64,000 nucleotides of DNA from Octopus sinensis (lineage: Eukaryota): the NCBI RefSeq assembly GCF_006345805.1, contig NC_043013.1:13330001-13394000 (forward strand), read 5' to 3'. Shown here piece by piece: positions 1-59,849 of this stretch. The notes below the pieces were generated by a model. It was not told the origin of the DNA. It did not search any database and was given only the letters and a program-made list of their open reading frames with translations. Position 1 is the first letter of the stretch. Every line of letters starts with the position of its first letter. The position numbers were made by a program, and so were the translations under genes.

Positions 1-10
1 TTCTAATCTG

Positions 11-75
11 ATATATATACATACATACATACATACATACATACATACATACATACATACATACATACATACATG

Positions 76-140
<65 letters not shown>
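11..140. repeat. (CATA)n/(TA)n microsatellite
   Basis: Directly visible. Confidence 0.95.
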
Positions 141-141
<1 letters not shown>

Positions 142-614
142 CACGTGCTCTTTCAAAGGTATCGACACCCTCCTTAACCTGTCTCCTCCATCTGTGGCGA
201 TGACAGGCATTGCTCACCCAGTCGGTCTCCTGCATATCACAAGCCTTTAAAGAGGACTTGACAGTCCTTAAATCGCAGGCTTGGTTTCTGTCAGGGTCTC
301 TTCCCACTAACAAGTTCTCCATATAACCTCTCTTTAGAAAGGGTACGTATTCTTCATGAAGAATTTAAACACGCTGCTCAAAAGCGTATTGCTAGCGTAG
401 TGAATGAGGAAAGGTTGGTTTGTAATGTTTGCAGTCATATACACTTACAAGAGCAAGGCTCTTGTGCCACCAACGAACTGTAAATGCAAAATAAAAGTTT
501 GTCCTAGAGCGCACAATGTTCCTGAAGGTCAACAATGATCTTCCTTGGTCACGAACAGATGGCAATCATTTATAAATATATATATATATATTATATATTT
601 ATCTGGATTGTAAT

Positions 615-2260
615 ACCTTTTGGAAAACAAATTAAATCGAACCTTCCCTTACAGTTCCGTGAAGCCGTTGCTAGGAACTTTCCCAGAAATTCTAGATATC
701 ATTCTATTATCAATTCCCACAAGGTCAGAATAGCTTTCTCTAACACTAGGAATCTTTCACAAATTATATCTTCCCACAATAACAAGCTGTTAAACAAAGA
801 TTCTTCACCCGGGAGTTCCAACACTAATCTTGCCAATTCCAACCCATTATACAATCATAATAATAGGAATAGTATTAATAGTAGCAGCATTAGTAGCAGC
901 GAAAGTGTTAACAATGATAATAATAATAGTATTAGTCATGTTAATAACAATGGTAGTGTTGATGGTAACAACAATAACGGTATTATTGTCGGTGGTATTA
1001 CTGGTTGTAATGCCATTAATAATACTAATAATAATAGAAATAGTGTAGTTGTCAGCGCTAATAATAATGGTAACAACAATCATAACAATAAAAACTTCGT
1101 CTCGATCTCGGAGGACAACCCCAACAGAATTAAATTTTTGTCTAGTAATTCTAAGATTAAGAATTCTGTTTACCAGTGTAGAATTTCTTCCGGTACCGAT
1201 GTCTTCTTCTATATAGGAGCGTCCACTTCCCAGTTATCAAAAAGAATTTCAAACCACTACTCAACATTCAGGGATAGTAAAAAACGACATAGCACATGCC
1301 TAAGTAAATTAGTTTGGCGTCTCAAAGACAACAATATAATTTTCAAGTTAGATTGGTTCATACTGTCTGTATCCTTTCCTTTTGATAAGGGCAGGAGATT
1401 TTGTAACATTTGTAACTCTGAACTCTTCGATATTATTTTCTCTAAGGTTCCCCTAGTAAACACACTCATAGAAAAATCGTACAAATGTAAACATTGGCAG
1501 AAACACACTTTCTACTCATATAAATGATAACGATAGTCACTGTGGTTTGAACAATTAGCTTTACGTCCACCCAACTGCTATAGAGAAATTCTTTCAATCA
1601 ATGTACCCTTCCCTCTCCAATTGTTCCCTACATATTATTCATTTATACCTTCTCTTCCAACTATCTATCTTTGACGTCTGTCTCTCTCTCTCTCACACAC
1701 ACAATCACACACACAGACACAAATGCAGTTATACACACACACATACACACACACAAACACACGCACTCATTAACACAAGCACACACCCACACATTTCCAT
1801 GCATACAGCAAACGTACTGTTCCCTAACTATCACTACTTTATCCCTTCTCTTCCTACTATCTATTTTTGACGTCTATTCTTCTAACGGTTTAAAAAAAAA
1901 ACACTCATTATCGCTTTGTTTACCATGTAGGCAATCATCGAAATTTTTGTTTGTCTTCTTGTCGAGAGAGGCTCCCTTTCTTTCCTGATGAGAAGATTGC
2001 ATAATGCACCCTTTATTCCTTTGGAATGAAAATATGCTGTCTTCGAAACATGTGTCGAGAGTAAAAGAATTTTGTTAACATCTTCGTTCGACTCCATTCT
2101 TTCATTTATTCATATACAACACACAAATTTCTACACATGAATCCGGAGTTTCTACCCTTGAGAGGTCGCTTCAACCGTGTTTTCTGACGGAAATTTGCTT
2201 CCCAGGTTTCGGTTTAACGAATTTTCCATGCTGATGATAAACATAGGATAATTCATTCCC
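615..2260 (+). mobile_element. Penelope-like retroelement 3' portion: GIY-YIG endonuclease ORF and 3' UTR/pseudo-LTR
   Basis: ORF 535-1527 has NSVYQC...FFYIGAST...KRISNH...LSKLVW...CNICNSE, a GIY-YIG-type C-terminus. A hammerhead motif follows, and (TA)n tracts bound the element. Confidence 0.8.
1980..2061 (+). ncRNA. Type I hammerhead ribozyme motif (PLE-associated)
   Basis: ctttc CTGATGA gaaga...tcttc GAAAC atgt GTC gagag: intact core, stems I and II pair, minimal palindromic stem III, GUC cleavage triplet. Confidence 0.78.
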
Positions 2261-3215
2261 CTACTTATATATATATATATACATACACTCATATGTTTAG
2301 AGAAATGGGGACAGTAGGAATTTTGGATAATCCTTTATTAGTGCTTTTGTTCGTTTTTCTAGCTCATCAAAACAACATCAAAATAAAAATGGTAAAAACT
2401 GAAGATTTTGATGTTCATTTATATGAATTAGATTTTTGTTTTGCTTTGTTTAGAAAAGGAGAATACTGTGTTTGTTTTTGGGGGAAAAGCAAAGAGGTGG
2501 GGAAACAGATAGAGAGAGTGGTTTCAGGAAACTCAAGAAAGAGAAGAAAGAATAATAACATAGGAGGGGAAAGGATAGACAGATACATACATAGATAGAA
2601 GTTAAAGTAGATAGATATATAGATAGATGGAGGTTTTTTTTAATTTAATGTGGTCAATTCCTCGAAATTACATTACAAAGCTCTTTTCTTTTTGTTTCTC
2701 CTTTCTTTCTTCTTTCCATTGTATACCTATCAATATATTTATTAATAAACACATTTTCTCACAAGGACTGGTGACCTTTCAAAGATGTCGATTTTAGGAA
2801 GTAGGATTACTTCATAGGAAGTCCTATGAAAATGTATATTCCTTTACACTGTATAGTCAAGTCCCATATTTTGAGTAATTCTATGTTTTGCATGAACAAT
2901 CATTAAATATTATTACAATACTCATAAATTAGGAAAATTAAGTCAGAATATAAAAAAGTAATTTGGTACTGTTTATAATTCAATCTATTCTCTATATACA
3001 TTTAATTAAACCTCATATATTTTTGAGTATCTTTCATCCATTTGTAGGATTAATTTTTCTTTTTCTTGCTTGCTTGAAAAGAGATCTTTTTCACGGATTA
3101 CTTTGCCAGGTAGCTACATTAGATAACTTTGTTAATCAGTCGTAAAATGGTTCTAGTATTCTTTCTCGGGTATATGTAAGTTCTATAAGAACAACAGTTG
3201 TTAAAATCCCAGTAT

Positions 3216-3282
<67 letters not shown>

Positions 3283-3371
3283 GACGTTAAATGATGATGA
3301 TGATGTTGATGATGATACATATGAATAAATATATACCTGGAGTTTAACTCAGGTACAAATCAAATATTTTT

Positions 3372-3457
3372 ACTTTCGACACATGTTTCGAAAATTCCAC
3401 TGATATTATTCAAAAGAATAAATGGTATAAACAATGCAATCTTCTCTTCAGGAAAGT
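3372..3457 (-). ncRNA. Type I hammerhead ribozyme motif (PLE-associated)
   Basis: Reverse complement reads actttc CTGAAGA gaaga...ttttc GAAAC atgt GTC gaaagt, with a 6-bp stem I. Same family as the 1980-2061 motif. Confidence 0.8.
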
Positions 3458-3957
3458 GAAAAAACGAAACTCGTCAATAAGACATTTTAGCAAAAAATGA
3501 TGGATTTGTATAGTGATTAACTGAACGCTATTAATATTGTTTAAAAAACGTTATATAATATAACGTCAGAAGTAGCTTCCAGAAAGAGTAGGGATATTAA
3601 TAGTGAATGTTAAATACAAAGGAAATTAATGTTTAAATTATATATAATGATAGAGATTACATATATGCACTAAAGGTGTGTTTTTGCCAATGTTTACATA
3701 TAATGTTTACAGCTGGTTAGTGAGGCAATCTGCACCCAATATATATTTCAAGCAGGCAAGCAAACCCTTATTATCTTGTAGCAGATGACAGGACCACTTG
3801 ACCCTCCAATTTCAAGCTACTTGAGCTCCGTGGTGGAATGAACTACTGCTATCTCTAGCAGACGGGTCCACTACTAAGGATGAAAACAAATAGCTTGAAA
3901 CCATTGCTACATAGACACATCCATACATAATACATACAGAATGTTGATGATGATAGA

Positions 3958-4005
<48 letters not shown>

Positions 4006-5677
4006 GATGACGACGACGACAATGATGATGATGATATCATGTCAAGACTTTTCAAAAAACAGTTTTATATTTCGTTAATATGGTGAACACAAAATGCACA
4101 TATAAGTAGAAGTGGTGTTGCTTTTATATAGTATAATAAACAGAATAGTCATTTTAACTATTTTAAAGAAAGACTGAGCTCTTTTTATTTACATGTAGCA
4201 CAGCATTGTATGTACATTTATGAAAATTAGATTTTGTATAAATTTATTAAAAGTTGGTATATTTCAATAACAGAAATGTAGTCACCCTTGCATAATCCTG
4301 CCATAATGAAACTGAAATACACCAAGTATCATCGAGATAATACATATAATAGTTTAACACTGCTATATTGTAGATAAAATTCACTCTCAGCCATCAATGT
4401 TCACGTTTTATGTTAATTCAATATCTGAAGAATTAGAATAATAGAAAAAAAAAAACAGTGTCAGGTTAGTATGTGCACTGTTAAAGAAAGCAGATCTCCT
4501 TTCTTGGATTGTTGAATTTTCGTTTTGTTCTATTGCTAGGAAACAACAACTGTTTGATATGTTTGTATTTCATCATCCAAATATCAATTTTCTTTTAACA
4601 CTTTTCCTCAGCTTTTAGGAATGCTAGAGTTTTTCTCAAAACATTAAAAAAAATTCTTAATTGGCTAATCTATCATTAGTGTTATCTTAAGCCCATTAAT
4701 TAAACTGTTTAAATCAAACAGTGCTCTTTCCATACTGAAGAACTGCAAATGTTTTCCTCTTGTCAATAAAAACCAAATTCTGTTCTCAAAGCTAGGAGGA
4801 TATTTTGATTCAAGCTGGAGCTTAATAATTTTGCTGATGTCACTGAAAGATCTAACTTACACACTAAGTCATTTAATTCAGTCTAGATCAGCAGGTTGTG
4901 CATAAGTTTTGTTCACAGGACTTCCAGATCATTAAAAACTTATTAGATATAACAACATACAGTTCAGGTCAATGAGGCTCAGCTTTAAATGTCAAGAACA
5001 AGACTGAGTAATTCATTTTCGATTTGTATCCAGCATAAAAAAATACAAAATTAGGAATTGTCAAGATGATTTGTTAGTTCTCAGCAGACCACTTGTCCAA
5101 TAAAACTCATTCTCTTTCTTTTATTTTTGGTCCATTGCTTCAGATTTATATTACCAGTTCAGTAAATGAAATGATTTATAGTTTGTTTTGATCACTTAAT
5201 TTCACTCCAAAATACATGAAATACGGTCTTCTAATAAAGTCTTTAACAAATTTCAGTTGTTTCATTGTTTCAAATTATCCACGAATGTAATAGTGAATAT
5301 CTGTGCTGCATACTCTCTGCATTTCAGGGAGTTTATCTGGAGAATATTTTCTTGGACTATATTGTATTAGTTGCTTTATTGTAATGATGGTATCTCATTA
5401 TTATTAGCCTTTTACCTTACATTTTCATTTTCCAATTCTTTCAACATCATGTAGTGATTAGGTATTTATGGTATTTATAATTTGTACGAAATTAACTTTA
5501 AGTTATTAATGCTCTAATTGTCTTGAAGTTGTTTATTATTGTTTAAATTGTCCAAATATATAAGAATAAAAATTGATTTTTAAATTCTTTAAGAATCAGA
5601 TATTCAAAGGTTTAGTGGTTTAGTGGGGTTTCGAAATATGATGAATAAAAGTTATCTGGAAATGTCTGTCTACTTAC

Positions 5678-5703
5678 TCATTATTCTTCTTTCTTCTTCC
5701 ACA
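5678..5703 (-). CDS. Candidate 26-nt microexon
   Basis: Strong acceptor ttttattttctag and perfect gtaagt donor flank TGTGGAAGAAGAAAGAAGAATAATGA. No recognisable homology. Confidence 0.25.
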
Positions 5704-7044
5704 CTAGAAAATAAAACAGAATCATGCTAACTACTGAAAAAATAGCTATTAAAAACAAGGGTTTAATAGAATATAAATTTGAAGGGGTGAATATAGAACA
5801 GTAGCAAGCAAGAGAGAAAGAAGAATAACCACATCTAAAAATCCCAACAACGCACAAATATAGATGTAACTGAAGGAACGAATTCATTTTGATTTCTTTC
5901 CTTTTAGTTTGAAATGTTCAAATGTGTGTGTGTGTGTGTGTGTGTGCACACGTACATGCCTATCTTTCAAAATCAGGTGGTTTGACATGAGTAAATTTAA
6001 TTTAAAAGCAAAAAGAGTAAAATACTCTGAGAACCATATCACAAATAAAAGGAGGGAGGAAAATCTTTCTATCTATAAATCAATGAAACAATATTAATAA
6101 AGACCAAACTACAAAATAGCAACAGAAACAAGAATAGAAACATGTAGCAGGCCCAACAGTCATTTATGTTTAAATCTGTCAGAACGATAAGATATACGTT
6201 GTTTGGAAAAAAAAGCAGCTCTTCAAAATAAAAACAAAATGATTTATTTGTGCAATCAAGAGAAATTTATTCAATAACAAACCCAGAATGTATAGCAAAC
6301 TACATGGGACAATTAAAGAAAGATCCTTAAGATATTGTGTAACCCTGCATACATCGCAAATTCTCAAATACTGGAGTACAAAAAATAGAGCTCATAGAAA
6401 AGATAGACACAAGTACGAGTAAGAAAGGATCACATTTTATGAGCTTCTCTTTTATCAGTTTGTCAGTGGCATATCAAAGCAGTAACACATTAGGAAATAA
6501 ATGATATTCTTAACAAAATTCCGACAACTGCACAACCACTGTAGTAACATCCCGGTCATTAGTGTTAATCGGATTCAAGCAAAGATTATATGAGAAAAGC
6601 TGATGTGGGAGTGGAATACCAAAGTCTCATATAACTTCTTAAGTATTCTTAAATATCTGATAGACTTTGCCTTGATATCCTGAATACGGTCTTGTGAACT
6701 TGGTCAAATTGCAGTGGATCATGCAGGTCATATTTAGAGAGGGTCTTCATTAGGGTAGTAAATGACCATGATATGAATTGTTCACAGATTCAGATTGCTG
6801 GCTTCCCCGAACACAAATTCAGGAACTTTACAGTTCTCAGCACGGAATGATGTCAGGGATTGTGTTAGAATGCTGGTCAAACAGGAATTAACAGTAGCTA
6901 TCATCCATGACATGTGGTGGGTTCCTCTAAAAAGGAAAGCCAGAGTGACATATGTTAGTTTAGACAAACTAATTAGTAACTTAGAGTTTTGTACCTTGAC
7001 AATTTCTTCACTTCTTTTTGGACAATAGTTTGACCAACAGGTCT

Positions 7045-7388
7045 TCACAAGCAGAGTTTAGTGTCCAATGAAGGAAAGGTATGCATAAGTGGCCTAGTTA
7101 CACCCCTGGCATAGGCCATGAGGTTGCGGTCTTACTTGGCTTGCCGGGTATTCTCAAGCACAGCATATTTCCAAAAGACTCGGTCGCTAGTCATTGCCTC
7201 GGTGAGGCCTAATGTTCGAAGGTCGTGCTTCACCACTTCATCCCAGGTCTTCCTGGGTCTACCTTTTCCACTGGTTCCCTAAACTGCTAGGGTGTGGCAC
7301 TTTTTCACACAGCTATCCTCATCCATTCTTGCCACATGACCATACCAGCACGGTCATCTCCCTTGCACACCACATCTGATGCTTCTTT
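7045..7388 (-). mobile_element. RTE-clade LINE 3' fragment
   Basis: Reverse complement encodes an R..RAGMVMW/GRPRKTWDEVVKHDLRTLGL-like end, similar to 24700-24950. Confidence 0.75.
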
Positions 7389-7399
7389 TATTATTATTA

Positions 7400-7885
7400 G
7401 TGCCTTTGTACAGCTTCTAACGCTAGAGATGTACAACAGTGTCAGCTGTTCACTACCAGTGAACTAAGGTAACACATCTATTTTTCAAGCACCTTCCGGA
7501 GTATTCGAGAGGTTCCAAGCAGTGCTGTTTTCTGCAAGTGCTCCACCCTTATTGCAGCCCCTATTCGTTGAGCACCATTTTCATCTACTGGGTTGCTTAG
7601 GTAGTAACACACCATGAACACAGCATTAATTTGCTTGCTCCATCTATGCCGTGTGAGGTGGCCCCTTTCCAGAATCTCTAAGCCCACCGGGTGTACCACT
7701 GTCACTGTCAGTGGCTTCAGTTTCATTACCACCATTATTCACGATATTTTGTTTATTCATTGTCACTCATATGAGGTAGTGATTATCAGGTTGCGCAATT
7801 ACCAGTGTTTTTATTGTGACACCATCACTAGATGTATCATTAATCAGGACATGGAGAGACTCGGGGAGACTCTACTCACTCCTTT
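7400..7885 (-). mobile_element. Short internally deleted derivative of an R4/Dong-like LINE (5' and 3' ends joined)
   Basis: 7400-7565 matches 35653-35818 (3' end) and 7570-7885 matches ~37540-37875 (5' end). Flanked by TTA repeats. Confidence 0.8.
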
Positions 7886-8054
7886 CATTATCATTATTAT
7901 TATCATCACTGATATCACTGGTATTATTGTTTGGGCCTTAGATTCCTGTGCTATCAGATTATTATTATTATTATTATTATTATTATTTGTTTATCACAGG
8001 TTTTGTTGGACCTCCTCATCGACAAAATTCGACTATTTTTGAGAAAGTTGGCAC

Positions 8055-8436
8055 CAGCCGAGCAAGAGTGGCTGTGTGGTAAGAAGCTTGCTCCCCAACC
8101 ACACGTTTCCAGGTTCAGTCTCACTGCATGACACTTTGGGCAACTATCTTCTACTATAGCCTCAACCGACCGAAGTCTTGTGGGTAGATTTGATAGACGG
8201 AAACTGAAAGAAGCCCGTCCTTTATGTGTGTGTGTGTGTGTGTGTTGTCCTTCCCCCATCGCTTGACAACCGATGTTGGTATGTTAATGTCCCGTAACTT
8301 AGCGGTTCAGCAAAAGAGACCGATCAATAAGTACTAGGCTTACAAAGAATAAGTTCCTGGGGATGATTTGTTCGACTAAAGACGGTGTTTCAGCATGGCC
8401 GAAGTCAAATGACTGAAACAAGTAAAAGAATAAGAA
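8055..8436 (+). mobile_element. tRNA-derived SINE
   Basis: Head gagtggctgtgtggtaag...ggttcagtc is A/B-box-like, with an internal (TG)n and tail gactgaaacaagtaaaaga. A related copy lies at 53493-53915. Confidence 0.72.
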
Positions 8437-8439
8437 GGT

Positions 8440-9830
8440 GAAACCTATTCTGAAGAAATAGTGAACATGCTATCAAAAATTTTCCATGAAAAATGCTCTT
8501 TATTTAATACACGCTGGCAATGCATGAATATTACAAAAAGGAGGACAAAGATTTTATTACATATGCTGGAATCGTTAATAGGAAATGGAAGTGATTCAAA
8601 ATTAAAAAATTAATAACACTTCTCATACCAAAATTGAATTACGTTTGAATGCTTAATTTTCTTATAAGGTTTTACAGCAAAGAAAGATACGGAAATTCGT
8701 AGCCGAATTCTGACTAAATTAGAGCAGAATCAGAAGCTAACTCTACAAGAAATATCCGAGGAATGCCTGAGAATAATAAGTCTAAGGCACGATACGGAAC
8801 AAATTAGTATAAGAAATTGCTCTCATTTACAGTCGTTGCAAACAAAAGTAAATAATGAAAAGGAGAAAATTTACAGCCAGTGTGGCTTAAAGTAGAAAAT
8901 TAACCCATGTTTTGGATGTGGAGAATTACACAACAGATTCGACTGGCAAAAATGCTTCAAATGCGGTAAGATAGGTAAAAAAAAAATCACACTCTAAAAC
9001 AAAACTTAGAAGATAGTTCAACAGAAAAAATCATGTAAATTGTTTATCAGTGACAGGAAATACAAACGGTACTCAAATGAAATTTGGGGATATAAAAATT
9101 AATAACACAAATGTAAAATTACAGTAAGATGCAGGTAGTGACATTACTTTAGTTAATGAAACCACATGGAAAACTATTTGAAAACCTACGTTACAAGAAA
9201 ACTCGAAAATTGCACGTGGAGTCTCGGGAATTAAATTAAATTTTAGAGGTGAAACTATCTGTAGCATTAAATTTCGCAGTACGATTATAAAAGCGAAAGC
9301 TTATGTATTAAAATCATACAAGCAACCTTTTTGTAACTGACTGGATAGAATTGTTCAACTCATCGGATTTACCCATAAATAATTATCATAAATATGTAAT
9401 GCAGTTGTGCACCAGTTCTAATTCAGAATCAGAAATATTATTAAAAGAAGTGAAAAGGTTGTTCACTGATATTTTTTCGGATGAGTTGGGTTGGTGCAAT
9501 AAATTTTAAGCCAAATTTCAGGTAAGGGAAAATTCATTACCAGTTTTCAAACCCAAACGCAATATATCGTGTGCTGCCCTGGAACAATCAGAAAGACTGG
9601 ACAAAATGGGAATGATTGAACATATCGTCTATTCTCAAATAATGTATGTAAACAAGAATAATAATAAAGTTCATGTATGTGCAGATTTATCGACGTGACT
9701 AAACAAATGTTTAAGACAGTATAACTGCCCATAACATAACCCAGATGAAATATTATCGAAATTAAATGGTGATAATTTGTTCTCGAAATGAGATATTTCT
9801 GATGTTTAATTATAAGTGGAAGACGAATGA
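8440..9830 (+). mobile_element. Degenerate Ty3/Gypsy gag-protease-RT remnant
   Basis: Zinc-knuckle-like CFGCGELH and CFKCGKIG, protease-like DAGSDITLV, start of RT (VCADLS..LNKCL). Many stops. Confidence 0.7.
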
Positions 9831-9839
9831 GGCAGTCCA

Positions 9840-10840
9840 TGCCATGACAGTGTTGAAATGCGATTGACGGAAGGACCAGTTAAGCTGCTCGTGATCCAGT
9901 TTGGTCTAGAACTCCATGTGGTCAAGAACTGATTGGGAGTGATGAGCAGGGTGGCCAATTTCATCAAGAAATGGGCAGAGATGGGGTTGTCTATGAGGGG
10001 TCAGGTGGAGATGGCGACTACATACTTCACTTCCGTCATCTACTACAGCCTGACAGTCGTCTCTTGCATCACTTTGTGTCTGATCACATTGGATGCGCTT
10101 GCTCTCCTAATTTCTGTGCAAGGCATGTGTTCCTCTTGTCCGACGGTCCATCTTCAGTCAACAGTCATTGAGTGGAGGAGTGGGTATGCCGTGACTAATG
10201 ATGCACAGACATGCACTGAGGCTGCAGTATGTTCAGCACTTTCTTAACGGTCAGTGGGTGTGGTCACCATTTTTCGGGCAGGACTTTCCACAGTTTGTCT
10301 CATTGACAGAGCTGCACTCCTAGTTCATGCAAAGGCCAAGAAAGGACGATTGGCAAATGCTCACAAGTTTGTGCCAGTTAGGCAATGCGGTCGGTAGAAG
10401 TTCCACTGTAGACTTCTAAAGGAGATTAGTAGCGGGCAAAAGCGGCGACGTCCTCAGAGAAATTCTGGACCTCTGGAGGAATCAGCTAGCGACTCTTTCT
10501 TGGAGGGCTTTTGGGCTGGGTTCTGTGGAGATCTTCCAGGAATCTTTGGCCTGGCAGTTCTACTGGAGATCTGTGCCATTTCAGACACGGAAACGCTGTC
10601 AGACAGACGGCTCTGAGGTATGCGGAGGATGATAAAACTGCCCTGCATGCATTTTTCCAATGTCTATATACTGTCAGGTGAGATTTCAGCTTAACCATTA
10701 GCAATGGAGTGATATTATGGATGAGCATGAATTTCATGTGAAATTGGTTGTCCTATCTCAATCCGATGCCCTCACTTGCTGTGAGAAGTTTGTCTCCCTC
10801 ACAGAGAAATGTGCTTTGTTCATGACTAAAATGTCTTGGA
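9840..10840 (+). mobile_element. Degenerate L1/Tx1-clade LINE 3' region
   Basis: LSMRGQVEMA...YYSLTV segment homologous to 19690-20500. Confidence 0.6.
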
Positions 10841-10883
10841 CTCTTGCTTCAAGCAATGTAGATGCTGCTCTGCACCCTTACTC

Positions 10884-10933
<50 letters not shown>

Positions 10934-11693
10934 CGATAGGAATTAATTTTTTGTGCATATTTTTCTTCCATCTTAGTACTCAATGCTCTTTATTTACCTA
11001 CCACCCCTTCTTCATACACACACCACCCGCCTCACACATTTCTACATACTATTAATACACAAACATATCAACAGATATAAACATACATACACACACAGAG
11101 AATATACAGGTACACAATAGCCTTATCTATACATTGAAGTAAGCAAGAAAGTGCACGTATATACTCACACACATATGCCAGACTAATTCCAGTTATCCAT
11201 CATACTGAGATAGTTAGATACATGTGTGTTTCAATTTCCTTTTTGGTATTTCCATGTCTCTCCTATCTTTCAGAAGATGAGCCAATAATCGAAATATTAC
11301 AGATTATTCCTTCTTACTGCTTTTTTCCATCATTTACTGAGCATCAAACTTATACCAACTCTGTGTTTTTGTTTTACGCTGCCATTGTGTTGTAATTTTT
11401 GTAACCTTTGCACAATTTATAATTATATGTGTGTGTGTGTGTGTGTGTGTATAGACGCATAGAGAATGCAAGAGAGAGGAAAGACTGGTGAAAATGTTAG
11501 TAAAACAAACAATGAATATTTTACAAGCATAAAATTTTTAAAATTTTCAGTAAAAATCTTTAAAATACATATTTTACCTATGTAATTTTACTTTTCTTCT
11601 CAGGAAAGAGAAATTAAAATCAATTTATTAATGGTTCATTACATGAATTGATAAAATAATAAATATATGTATATATATATATATATATCTTAC

Positions 11694-59698
<48,005 letters not shown>

Positions 59699-59849
59699 CT
59701 GATAATTAAAAGAAAAACTTTAATCAATTCCTTAAAGTTAAATCTACAGATATAAAGTAATCTAAGAATGAACAAATATTTTTTAAAATCTTTTAAAATG
59801 CACACATACAATCAAATAAAGATGTTTTGTTGTTTGTAAAGGTACTACA

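Noticed and set aside
4490-5360. Coding-looking minus-strand stretch
   Set aside because: I could not find a sustained reading frame or a recognisable motif. Possibly a very old transposase relic.
6782-7048. ORFs as the next TRPM exon (MHR4)
   Set aside because: No MHR4-like motif and no compatible splice sites.
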